Shown piece by piece: positions 53,008 to 63,510 of a DNA stretch of 64,000 bases (within the stretch, counting starts at the first letter, position 1; each line of letters starts with the position of its first letter). Below the pieces are notes generated by a model that was not told where the DNA came from, made no database searches, and worked only from the letters and a program-made list of their open reading frames with translations. The position numbers were made by a program, and so were the translations under genes. The DNA lies in contig OZ024740.1 in the NCBI GenBank assembly GCA_964016885.1, positions 280,054,001 to 280,118,000 on the forward strand, in the 5' to 3' direction. This stretch comes from Eledone cirrhosa (lineage: Eukaryota).

Positions 53008-55461
53008 AAAGTATGGCGGGATGGGGGAAGTAGAGAGGACTATCAACTGGCCAGGAGACAAGTGTACTTCGCAAGAAGGGAAGCAGAGGAAAGAAAGTTC
53101 AAGCATGTTCTACAACGCGAGGTGTTCAGGATTGCTAGGCAATGTGTCAAGGAAAACCGTGATATTGTCGGGGAGAAGTGTGTACTAAATGATGATGGCG
53201 TACTTGCCATCACTGACGCTGATAAGAAGGTAGCTGGAAGTGTCACTACGAAAGGCTACTAAATGAGGAGAATAAATGGGAGAAGGATAGTCTCCCCCAG
53301 ATCGATCTAATAGAGGGACCAGCAGTGTTAGTTGAAGGTAGTAAAATAAGTAAGGCAATCAAAGATATGAAGACGGGTAAGGCGGCTGGGCCTTCGGAAA
53401 TAGTTGCTGAGATGCTGAAAGCTTCTGGAACGGTGGGACACACCATGGTCACCCGGATAGTAAACCAAGTCATACAGAATGGGGTTGTTCCGAAGGACTG
53501 GCGTAGCAGCATCATCATTAACTGTTACAAGGGTAAAGGAGATGCCCTAGATAGGAGTAACTATAGAGGCATTAAATTAATCGACCAGGTCATGAAGGTC
53601 ACGGAAAAAGTAATAGTGCAACTAATCAGAGAGAGAATTGATCTAGATGAAATGCAGTTCGGGTTTGTGTCAGGCAAAAGTACCACAGACGCTCTTTTCA
53701 TTGTACGACAACTACAGGAGAAGTACCTAGCTAAAAGTAAACCCCTATACTTAGCCTTTGTCGACTTGGAGAAAGCCTTTGACAGAGTCCCCCGCTCCAT
53801 TATCTGGTGGGCTCTTAGAAAACTAGGTGTTGATGAATGGCTTGTGAGAGCTATACAAGCCATATATAAAGAAACAGTCAGCAAGGTTAGAATTAACAAC
53901 AAATATAGTGAAGAGTTTAGTGTAAAAGTTGTTCATCAGGGCTCTGTTCTTAGCCCCCTACTATTTATTATTGCCCTATAGGCTATAACAGTGGAGTTCA
54001 AGACCGGCTGCCCATGGGAACTCCTATACGCAGATGATCTAACGCTCATAGCTGAATCAATGGCCGAGCTAGAGAAGAAATTCAAAACATGGAAGCACGG
54101 CCTAGAATCAAAAGGCCTTAAAATTAACCTGGCTAAGACTAAAGTTCTAGTTTGTAGGAAAGAAAATAAGGCGCCGGTCCCTTCCGGGAAATGGCCATGC
54201 TCAGTGTGTAGGAAAGGCGTAGGTAGAAACTCCATTTTATGTCCCAAATGCAAAGTATGGGTGCATAAAAGATGTAGTGGGATCACAGGTAAGCTAACTA
54301 AGAACATAGATTTTACATGTGGCCGGTGCTCTGGTGCAATAAGTAGCAGCAAGTGCCCACAAAATACTAGCTCTTTCAATTGCGCAGAGGGTTCTATAGA
54401 AATAGTGGACAGCTTCCGTTACCTGGGTGACAAAATCAGCAGTGGGGGTGGGTGCTCTGAAAGTACAGTAGCTAGAGTCAGAACTGGATGGAAAGAGTTC
54501 AGAGAGCTTATACCACTATTAGCCGCTAAAGGGTTCTCCCTAAAAATGAAAGGCAGGCTGTATGATGTCTGCATACGAACAGCAATGTTGCATGGCAGTG
54601 AGACCTGGGCATTGTGTGCAGAGGATATACGCAGACTAGAGAGGAACGAAGCTTGCATGCTCCGCTGGATGTGTAATAGTAATATACGCGAACAGCAAAG
54701 CATAAACGAACTAAGGAAAAAATTAGAAATAAGAGGATCAGATGTTTAGTCGAGAGAAGACTATGTTGGTACGGTCACGTGATGTGCATGAAAGATGACA
54801 GCTGTATAAAAAAGTGCAGGGCGATATAAATAGACGGGAGCCACGGAGTAGGCAGACCCAGAAAAACCTAGGACGACCTGATAAATTCCGACCTCACACA
54901 CTTACACCTCTCCAAGACAATGTCACTGGACCGAGAACTTTGGCGGTACTCAGTAATAGAGAAGACCCGCCTTACCTGAAATACAAAGTAAAACCTACTA
55001 CAGTCAGTAGGCATCTCTAACAAAACACACCCCAGCCCCGCCACTCCCACCCCATCCACACCACCCCTTTCAATGAAAAGTTATGTTGGTGCCACAACAT
55101 CCAGGCCGAAACAAATGAGATCGTGTAGGTGTCACGACAAAAAAACACACAGTCCACGCTGTAATGTGGCCGTGTAGGCAACACGGTAAAAACCTCCCAG
55201 TCCCACACTGTAAATGTGGTTGGTGTTAGGAAGGGCATCCAGCTGTAGAAAACCCGCTGTAATGTGGCCGTGTAGGCAACACGGGAAAAGCCTCCCAGCC
55301 CCACACTGTAAATGTGGTTGGTGTTAGGAAGGGCATCCAGCTGTAGAAAACCCGCCAGACAGTCCTATGCGAGCAAGACAACCACTCTTGCCTCAAGTGG
55401 GAAAACTCCCGTCCAAACCCATGCAAGCGTGGAACATGGACGTTAAACGATGATGATGATG
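53008..55461 (+). mobile_element. 5'-truncated, disabled RTE-type non-LTR retrotransposon (RT region, PHD-like finger, 3' UTR, (GAT)n tail)
   Basis: ORF pieces 52966-53262, 53325-53981 and 53991-54749 carry the RT motifs GKAAGPS, YRGIKL, QFGF, FVDLEKAFDRV, HQGSVLSPLLF, LLYADD and YLG, plus the RTE-like HGSETW. Frameshift near 53230, in-frame TAG at 53979, frameshift near 54740. It ends GGACGTTAAACGATGATGATGATG. Confidence 0.95.
55157..55352 (+). repeat. 98-bp direct tandem duplication in the LINE 3' UTR
   Basis: CGCTGTAATGTGGCC...GGGCATCCAGCTGTAGAAAACC at 55157 and 55255, with 3 mismatches. Confidence 0.93.
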
Positions 55462-57555
55462 TTTCCATAGCCAGAATTTATTCTCTAGCTCCTCTACTGA
55501 TTCTGCTATAAGAACCAGATCGTCAGCATAGAGAAGTTCCCATGGACAGCCAGTCTTAAACTCCTGTTATGGCTTGGAGGACTATAATGAACAAGAGCGG
55601 GCTGAGGAACGAACCTTGATGTACTCCTACTTGTATCTGGAATTCCTCACTAAACTTCATTCCTACCCTGACTTTACAGAGAGTACCTCTGTACAAAGTT
55701 TGCACTGTCCTCACAAGCCATTCCTCAACACCAAGCTTCCTTAGGGACCACCAGATGACAGATCAGGGTACCCTATCAAAGGCCTTCTCTAGGTCAACAA
55801 AGGCTAAGTATAGTGGCTTATTTTTCTCTAAGAACCTCTCGCAATTGTCTCACCAAGAAGAGGGCATCTGTTGTACTCTTCCCAGGCACAAAACCAAACT
55901 GCATCTCATCTAGTTTGACCCTTTCTCTAATTAATTGTGCTAATATCCTTTCTGCCACTTTCATAACCTGATCCATCAGTTTTATACCCCTATAATTGCT
56001 CCTCTCCAGAGCATCTCCTTTACCTTTGTAGCAATTTACGAGAATATTGCTGCACCAGTCTTTGGGTATGACACCACCATATATAGCCTGATTGATGATG
56101 CGTGCAACCAGTTTAGTGCCTACGTCCCCTGATGCCTTCAGCATCTCAGCAACTATTCCCGATGGTCCAGCAGCCTTACCATTTTTCATTTCCTTAATCG
56201 CCTCTTGGACCCTATATTCGTCAATCTCAATAGCTGGTCCCTCTGTTGGATCTACTAAGGGTAATTTCTCTCTCTCCCAATCGTTCTCCACATGCATCAG
56301 TCTCTCATAATGACATTTCCAGGCCTCCTTTTTCTGATCATTTGTGACACTAAGTACACCGGCATCATCCCGGAGACATTTATCTCCAACAACATCCTGA
56401 TTTGCATTGACACACTGCCTTGCAATGTGGAACACCGCACGCCTCTGATCTTCCCGTCGCAAAACATTGGCAAACCTCCTACTCCCTGCGTGCTAAGTAC
56501 ACCTGACATCTAGCTTCTCTCTTAGCGGCTGTATACTCTTCCCTACTCTCACCCTTTTCCCAAGCCTTCCATGCTAGTCTTTTGTCTCTAATGGCCTTAT
56601 CTACTGTGCTGTACCACCACCAGGTCACTCTGTGTCTGGTTGGAGCTCTGCTCCAGCCACAAGTTTCATCAGTAGCCTGCAGCAAGTTGTCACGTAAGAA
56701 ATTCCAGTTATACGTCTCTAAATCGTCTTCTTTTTCGTCATATACATCTTGAAGGGCTTTCCTAAATTTGTATTTTAGTGAAAGGTCTTTTAGCTTTCAG
56801 ACCTTTCTTCTCCACACCTTTCTGTATATGTCATTCCATCTCTTGCTTACTGAGATATCACTAACGATTAACCTATGCTGTGGGGTACATTCTTCCCCAG
56901 GGTATGCCTTGGTATTAGACACTATCTGCCTGTCCCGCTGCCTAACTAGTAAGAAGTCAATCTGGCTTATGTGCTCACCAGATTTGTAGGTTATTAGGTG
57001 ATTGGCAGGTTTCTGGAAGTTTGTGTTGCAAATAGTCAGTGTACCTGCATCACAAAATTCAATTCTTGAGCCGTAACCGTGCCCACCATGTACCCCAGTG
57101 TAACCATCCTGGAGCTGTCCAACATGACCATTGAAGTCTCCTGCTAGCATAACAATGTCTCCGTCCTCTGTCATTGCGGTTGTTTGTAAAAGTTGCTCGT
57201 AAAAGCAGTCTTTCTCATCTTTGCCTAGGCCTGCTTGGGGAGCATAGGCAGAGATGATTGTCAGTAGTCTCCTGCCTACAACTAATCTAAGCTTAATTAT
57301 TCGATTACTAACTCGAACTACCTCTATTGTCTTATTGATCCAACTCTCAGCCAGGAAAATGCCTACTCCCCCTAACCCATCATCCTTACATACCCAGAAA
57401 AGCTTATAGCTAAGACGTTTGCCTACGACTAGTCTCGCAGAGGCACCTCTCCATCTCACCTCTTGTACGCAGCACACATCCACATGCCTTCTCTCCAGCA
57501 TCTCCGCTATTTCAGCAGATCTACCTCAGAGAGTGCCAACATTAAGTGTTGCAAT
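55462..57555 (-). mobile_element. Disabled RTE-type LINE (APE endonuclease plus N-terminal RT), cut off just after YADD
   Basis: The minus strand begins IATLNVGTL*...VCCVQEVRW and contains SAYAPQ, GDFNGHVG, SQIDF and QHRL (APE). It continues WWWYS, GKAAGPSG, QFGF, then GCPWELLYADDLVLIAES...KFWLWK, ending at the tail of the + strand LINE. It has several stops and frameshifts. Confidence 0.95.
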
Positions 57556-57852
57556 ATATATACACATATATATATACATTTACATATACATATATAAAGA
57601 TATAACCCATGCTAGCGGGGAAAGTGGACGTTAAACGAGGATGATGATGATATACATATAATATATATACATATATATACATACATACATACACATACAT
57701 ACATATATACATAGACATACATACATATAGACATACATATATATATATATATATAGACATACATACATATATATATATATAGACATACATATATATATAT
57801 AGACATACATATATATATAGACATACATACATATAGACATACATATATATAT
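57554..57852. repeat. Compound (TA)/(TACA)/(TAGACA) microsatellite
   Basis: Low-complexity TA, TACA and TAGAC runs, read directly. They explain the Y/I/M/C-rich pseudo-ORFs here. Confidence 0.95.
57605..57651 (+). mobile_element. Isolated ~47-bp RTE LINE/SINE 3' tail inside the microsatellite
   Basis: ACCCATGCTAGCGGGGAAAGTGGACGTTAAACGAGGATGATGATGAT closely matches the tail at 55417-55461. Confidence 0.8.
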
Positions 57853-57950
57853 GGTCTGTTGGAGATGCAGGATATGGCAGCGATAATGAGGGACAGAGAC
57901 CGCTGGAGAGAACTCATCCATGGATCTCGGGAATTTTACCCGCCTTAGAT
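57853..57950 (+). mobile_element. Short 3' fragment of a different LINE (C-terminal ORF end)
   Basis: Translates as GLLEMQDMAAIMRDRDRWRELIHGSREFYPP*. The DRxxWR motif is typical of RTE-group ORF ends. It runs into TAGATAGATATA. Confidence 0.55.
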
Positions 57951-57987
57951 AGATATATATATATATATGTACACACACACACACACA

Positions 57988-58230
57988 GATCTAATGTTCA
58001 AGTCCTGCAGGCGATAATGTCCTATTTTTTCTACCTCAAAGTGTTATGCTCTAATTTACTTACTAAAACTCCCACTGATTATGAACACATAAAAATATAC
58101 AGAACACCGGTTAGTGTTGGGAAGGGCTCCATCCATAGAAACTATGCAAAAATATGGAATGTATAAACAAGGCATGGTATCCTAATCCATCCAACCCATG
58201 CCAACATGAAAAACGATGATAAAAATGAAA
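57988..58230 (+). mobile_element. Decayed SINE/LINE-tail element
   Basis: B-box-like GTTCAAGTCC near 57996. GTTAGTGTTGGGAAGGGCTCC and CCCATGCCAACATGAAAAACGATGAT resemble motifs in the LINE 3' UTR at 55219-55461. Confidence 0.5.
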
Positions 58231-58566
58231 TTATCATATCATTGGAAGGCAACAATGCAAGGAACGTAAACCCAATTTATTCAGGACAAAGAAAGTAATT
58301 TAGCAGTTTCAATGAAAACAAAAAAAAAAAAAAAATTTAGTCGTCAGATGTATTTACAATTTTTTTTATAAACCTACTTTTTTAAAAGATTTATAGATCC
58401 AATAAATGTATTGAACTCATGTTTCTAATTTGATGCATATTGAGCAATTCTTTTCTTCAAATAATTTGAGATTAAAAACTATATCTTTAAATATTTAATA
58501 CCAAAGACACTTTCAGCCTTATATGACTGGACTGGTATTTCCCTCCATCTCCCTCTGTGTGTATAT

Positions 58567-58902
58567 AAAGTGTAAAGGTAAAGACCCTCTTTGGTCACGA
58601 ATGGCAGATTTGCATCTAGAAAGTTTCCCTTCCAAGGTACAAGTCTAGGCATAGTTGTTTGTAGAAGACCACCAGTTGCCCATGCATACCAGTCTCCCCT
58701 CTCCATGCCACCGATGTTGTCCAAGGGTAAGCAATGGTTGATACAGCTTGGCATCAGTGACGTCGCAATACAGCTAAGTAAACTGGAGCAACAGAAAATA
58801 AAGTGTCTTGCTTAAGGAAACAACGCATCGCCCGGTCCGAAAATTGAACCCACAACTTGCCAATTGCAAGCCCAACGATCTAACCACTAAGCCATGCACC
58901 TT

Positions 58903-58903
<1 letters not shown>
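58567..58903 (-). mobile_element. tRNA-derived SINE with a CORE/V-like central motif
   Basis: Minus strand: A box TGGCTTAGTGG, B box GGTTCAATT, then GTTTCCTTAAGCAAGACACTTT (resembling GTGTCCTTGRGCAAGACACTT), and a CTTTAC-repeat tail. Confidence 0.8.
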
Positions 58904-58934
<31 letters not shown>

Positions 58935-58960
58935 CATACACACTCACACACATATACTGT
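58903..58960. repeat. (CA)n(TA)n microsatellite
   Basis: Read directly, adjacent to the SINE head. Confidence 0.9.
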
Positions 58961-59559
58961 ATATACTTGTGTATAGGTTGCACCATTTCTCATGAAAATA
59001 CCTTGTAAAAACCAGCATGCAACTTATCTAAAGAACATACAAAATCCTCAATTCAAAATACATTGTAAAGAGCCATCTATAATGTGTTGATTTTGTTGTT
59101 TAACTTCATACTGTAATAAAACACACTAATCATACATTTAATAATCAAGAATCAAAATATGATAATTTCTGAATCCCATAATTTATTATAAGCAAACTCT
59201 TTAAATCTCTTATTCACAAGATGGGAAACCAACTAAATATTGGTACCATGCATTATTATTGCACCATATGGATGTAGACCAGTATATCGTCGATATGTAA
59301 TTTGCTCCCCTTGATAAGCTTCCAAACTAATGAGAAAAACGTATTTGATATAATTGAAATATGGAGATGGTGTGTGTACATGACTGGGTAGCATGAGTGT
59401 ATTATTTTATTATTCCATGTGATAAAATAGATAAAAATAGAACTATTAGATATAAAGAATTATAAGTACATTAATATGGATTTACTTTGTTAAAAGATAC
59501 AAAATACTTGTTGACATGTAATTTTATTAGATATCGTATGGGGGGGAAAATAAGTTTTG

Positions 59560-59609
59560 AATATATATATGTATGTGTGTGTGTGTCTCTCTATATATAT
59601 ATATGTGTG

Positions 59610-59656
<47 letters not shown>

Positions 59657-59719
59657 CTATATATATATATATATGTGTGTGTCTATATATATGTGTGTGT
59701 GTGTGTGTCTATATATATA
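59560..59719. repeat. Compound (TA)n(TG)n(TC) microsatellite
   Basis: Alternating TA and TG runs joined by TCT, repeated about 5 times. Confidence 0.95.
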
Positions 59720-61031
59720 AGCAGTATTGATAAACACAGCCTGTGATATATGCAAGTCAAGTACTGAACCAAGAATGATGTATGTAAAATAGTGGTGTGA
59801 CTTATACACATGGTATATATACTTTTCTTTGTCTATTGAAATTTAAATGCTTTTTAAAACAGAATTTTAAACAGCCTTATTCTTTTAGTGCTTTCTAAAT
59901 GTGGTTCCATATTAGTAGGGGAGTTTATATTCTAAAAATTTAAAACCATGCCAACATACTAAAACACTGATTATATGGAGAAAAACCCCCAACTTAAATG
60001 AGGCTTAGAAAAAGTTGGATAAATTGTAATTTAAAACAAGCCTTACTATTTATACAGAAACAAAATCCCTTTCTAGATAAAAAAAGAAATATGCTAAGTG
60101 TCTCGGAGCACAATTGTAACTCTATTACAACTAAACAAATACCCAAAAACTTACATCTTATGTCAACTTAACTTATTATCAGACTTTAATTTCTTTAAAT
60201 AACGATTATACTACCTACAAGAAATTGGTTGCTTTTTGCCACAAGTAGATTATCTTCATTTACACGAATCATAAACATCAACCTGATAGAGTCATAAATA
60301 AATAACTCAAGAACTATCTTACTATCCTAATTAAGAGAAAAATATATTAGATGAACAGAAAAAATAAATTGAAAAAAATTTTTTATCAGAAATTATGAAA
60401 ACGTAACATTCATGACAAGAAACAAGAAAATTGTTGAAAATCGGAAGAAAAGTAGAGTTTTCTACGGATGATCAATTATTTACTTTAAACAGTATTCAAC
60501 AAAACATGGCAAATTGTTAGATTTCTTTCTGTAGCACCTATTTTTATCACAACCTTCAGCAAAAATAATTTTCTGAAGTTTTCATTATATAGAGTGTTTG
60601 TGACCAAACAAGAAAAATTCAACAAGTTGTTTTTATTCATGATAAAAACTTAATGAGTTTTATGCATCTAACAGTTTTATATTTTAAATAGAATAAATTT
60701 CAAAACATCTACCTAAACTCTCATTATTACTATTTTAATATAGTTGAAATGTTGATATTGATGATGCAAAAGAAGAAAATCCAAGGACTTAAGAAAATTT
60801 AGTTGATATACTAATGATGTTAATGAAGACTGTTCATACATTAGATGTATATAAATAGTTCTAGATAGTTATTTAGTCAAATAAGAGATGATATTGGCTA
60901 TATATGAAAATAACTCACCAGCCAGTATCAATCAAAAGCATATCTTATGAAGGAAGAATATATTAAATTAATAAGGAAAATATCTATTTACAGAGAGCTG
61001 AAATGCTTAATTAGAAAAAATATTTTTTTTA

Positions 61032-61036
<5 letters not shown>

Positions 61037-61062
<26 letters not shown>

Positions 61063-61067
61063 TAAAA
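61037..61067. repeat. Poly(A) tract on the + strand (poly-U immediately after the stop codon of the minus-strand gene)
   Basis: A run of about 26 A followed by TAAAA, abutting the stop codon at 61068-61070. Confidence 0.9.
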
Positions 61068-61478
61068 TTATCTGCTAAAAGAAAAATGGCTATTGTCTGA
61101 AGGTGATGTTTTGGTTAAACGCCCAATTCGAGCAGCATGCGCCTTAAATAAAACTTCATTTATACGATAATAATATGGATTGGATGTTTCATCAAGTTCA
61201 GGCTCATATTTTTTAATGATTGCATGATCAGCAGTATGCCTAGTGTCCAAAAAGGAGTTAGGAGTTTGCTGTTGTGGGTTGTAAGAGTGAGGGTGGTTGG
61301 CTATTACTGCAGACATATTAACAGATGATCCAGAGGCTTCTGAATAAAGTTTTGATTGAGTATTGTTTAAACAGTCTACTTGGGGAGGCAGATGATGGAA
61401 TTGTTGCTGCTGCCAAAGCTCATAATTTTGATCTGTATGATTATTTTCAGCAACTGGAGGGTCAGGACTTGGTGTTGA
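61068..61478 (-). CDS. Terminal coding exon of a host gene, probably FAM104/VCF (p97/VCP nuclear cofactor)-like
   Basis: A polypyrimidine tract and acceptor (TTTTATATTTTTCTGTTGCAG|TCA) precede 411 nt open to TAA. A low-complexity Q/S/N/P region ends in YEPELDETSNPYYYRINEVLFKAHAARIGR, which resembles the FAM104 C-terminal helix (YxxINxxLxxAH). The family call is from memory, not a search. Confidence 0.7.
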   Translation of the reverse strand, partial: STPSPDPPVAENNHTDQNYELWQQQQFHHLPPQVDCLNNTQSKLYSEASGSSVNMSAVIANHPHSYNPQQQTPNSFLDTRHTADHAIIKKYEPELDETSNPYYYRINEVLFKAHAARIGRLTKTSPSDNSHFSFSR

Positions 61479-61649
61479 CTGCAACAGAAAAATATAAAAT
61501 TTAAAGAAAACAGTAGCTGAAATTAGCTGCAGATTTTTGTGACAAAATTTATGAAAGTTTAGATAAACCAATTTTATTTTCTGCCTTGGTCCATAAACAT
61601 TGGTGACTATATAAAATCTTTGATACTGACTTTTCCAAATACACAGCAT

Positions 61650-61836
61650 CAAATAATAATTGTTTCTATTTTAGACACAAGGCCTGTAATTTGAAGGGGA
61701 GGGGAAAGTCAATTAAATCGACCCCAGTGCATTACTGGTGCTTTATTTATCAATCCCGCAAGGATGAAAAGGGCCGTAACTCTATGCCGCGAAGCATGGT
61801 GTCCGACGCCCTACCGATTCTGCCAATCCATCACCC
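61650..61836 (-). mobile_element. Decayed SINE with a Nin/Deu-like domain (intronic)
   Basis: Minus strand: head TGGCAGAATCGGTAG, then CCTTTTCATCCTTGCGGGATTGATAAATAAAGCACCAG and CACTGGGGTCGATTTAATTGAC, resembling the Nin-domain consensus GCCTTTCATCCTTYCGGGGTCGATAAA...GTACCAG. The tail is AT-rich. Confidence 0.65.
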
Positions 61837-62049
61837 TACAGCATTAAATAATAATAAAAACTCAACCACTACTTTCAAAACTTCATTGAACTACTACAGT
61901 GGAGAATGCCCTTCATAAACATCCAGTTTTTTATCATTCAAAATATACCATCCACTCATATATCTTTATACCAGGATGGCAACATCAGAATAACCACAAC
62001 ATCACACTGTTTTGGCTGACAAATATTCTTTAATAAACATCAAGTAATT

Positions 62050-62250
62050 GATGTGTGAGATGTGTCATGATTTATGGGAGCAAGACATGGGTGATGAATG
62101 TGGAGCAGCAGAGATGGTTGGACACAATGGAAATGAGAATGGTTTGGTGGATGACTGGAGTATCGCTGAGAGAGAGGAAGACAAACAATGAATTGTAGAG
62201 GATGATGAGAATAGAACCAGTGATGTCATGTGTTGAGGAAGAATAAAAGA
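62050..62250 (+). mobile_element. Highly decayed RTE fragment (post-RT region)
   Basis: GAAATGAGAATGGTTTGGTGGATG... reads EMRMVWWMTGVSLRERKTNNEL, similar to the EACMLRWMC region of the first LINE. Confidence 0.55.
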
Positions 62251-62261
62251 GTAGCATAGAT

Positions 62262-63418
62262 GGATGCTTTGTAGTGAGACAACTACAAGAGAAATTCCTA
62301 GCTAAGTGCAAGCTGCTTTGTCTAGCTTTTATAGATCTGGAAATGACATTTGAAAGTGTACCATGATTGGTTATCTGGTGGTCTCAAAGTAAACTGGGTG
62401 TAAATGAGAGGCTTGTGACAGCAGTGAAAACCATGCATAGAGGTGCTATCAGTAAAATAAGAGTTGGCAATGAGCTTAGTGATTAATTCAATGTGCAGGC
62501 AAGTGTTCATCAAGGCTCTATCCTTAGCCCTCTCCTATTTATTATAGTTCTCCAAGCCATAACAGGAGTTTAAGACTGGTTGCCCTTGGGAATCTCTGTA
62601 TGCTGATATAACCTGGTTCATATAGCTGAATCTGTGGAAGAACTAGAGAATTATTGTGGAAAAAGAAATTAGAATTGAAAGGGCTCAGAATAAACCTAGA
62701 TCTAAGTTTTATTAAGTAAGAAAGAAAACAAAATTGATCCCACCAGGGAAGTGGCCTTGCATTATATGTAAAAAAAGAGTAGGTAGAAACTTCATACAAT
62801 GTACACAAGAGGTGTAGTGGTATTGTAGGCAGATTAACAGAAAAATAAACTCCTTCGAGCCACAGGAAGGTCTCATAGAAATAGGTAATGGTTTTGTTAC
62901 CAAGGTGTTCTAATAATGCATAGTAGCTAAAATAGAACATGGATGTAAAAAGTTCTGGGAACTACTACCTCCACTAAAAAAACAAAGGGTTTCTGTGAAT
63001 GAAGGGTAGATTGTATGATGTCTGTATGTGAAATGCAATGCTGCATATTAGTGAGCATGATCTGTTGGATGTATAATGTTAATGTGCATGAATGATGAAG
63101 CATGAAAGAGCTGTGAGAGAAACTGAGTATAAGAGGAATCAGATGCAGTGTGCAGGAGGGAAGACTGCTGCTATAGACAAGTAATGCATATGGATGGTGA
63201 TCGCTAGGTGAAGAAGTGCCAAGTGGAAGGAAGCTGCAATAAATGAAGAGCAAGGAAGACTTGGTCAGAAGTGGTAAGAGCTGATCTCAAATCACTGAAC
63301 CTCACATGGAAGATAATGAAGGAATGCAAATAGTAGAGGGAGGCTATGATTGAAAAGATCTGTCAAACCCAGCAAACATGGAAAAGTGGGTGTAAAAAAA
63401 TGCTGCTGCTGATGATGA
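62262..63418 (+). mobile_element. Older, heavily decayed copy of the same RTE family (intronic, antisense to the host gene)
   Basis: Collinear with 53690-55461: GACAACTACAAGAGAAA, GTTCATCAAGGCTCT, GAGTTTAAGACTGGTTGCCCTTGGGAA, GGGAAGTGGCCTTGC and a decayed tail CATGGAAAAGTGG...GATGATG. Many indels and stops. Confidence 0.88.
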
Positions 63419-63485
63419 ATAACATAGGCACATTATATGTTTTTAAGGTATTCTACAGTGAACAAGAAACAGTAGCAATAGTTAC

Positions 63486-63510
63486 CTCATGAGAGCAGTC
63501 AGGTCTTCCC
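63486..63510 (-). CDS. Candidate 25-nt microexon of the same host gene
   Basis: Minus strand: TTTTTGTTTTGTTTTTTCAG|GGGAAGACCTGACTGCTCTCATGAG|GTAACT. It reads (x)GRPDCSHE and ends in phase 0, matching the phase-0 start of the 61478 exon. Confidence 0.6.

Noticed and set aside
52811-53262. Satellite-LINE fusion ORFs (125 aa and 98 aa)
   Set aside because: Chance read-through across the deleted monomer and microsatellite into a frameshifted LINE.
53325-57501. Active retrotransposon, or a bacterial RT system (retron, DGR, group II intron)
   Set aside because: Motifs and APE domain are those of eukaryotic RTE LINEs, and both copies are truncated with stops and frameshifts.
58867-58903. tRNA gene
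   Set aside because: The A and B boxes continue into a SINE body and repeat tail, with no complete cloverleaf.
57542-59720. Y/I/C/V-rich ORFs
   Set aside because: Translations of microsatellites and SINE sequence.
61037-61478. Processed pseudogene suggested by the adjacent poly(A)
   Set aside because: The A tract is on the strand opposite the ORF (poly-T in the sense direction), and the exon has an intron acceptor.
61479-61652. N-terminal 58 aa of the 194-aa ORF
   Set aside because: AT-rich sequence upstream of a clear splice acceptor, so most likely intronic read-through.
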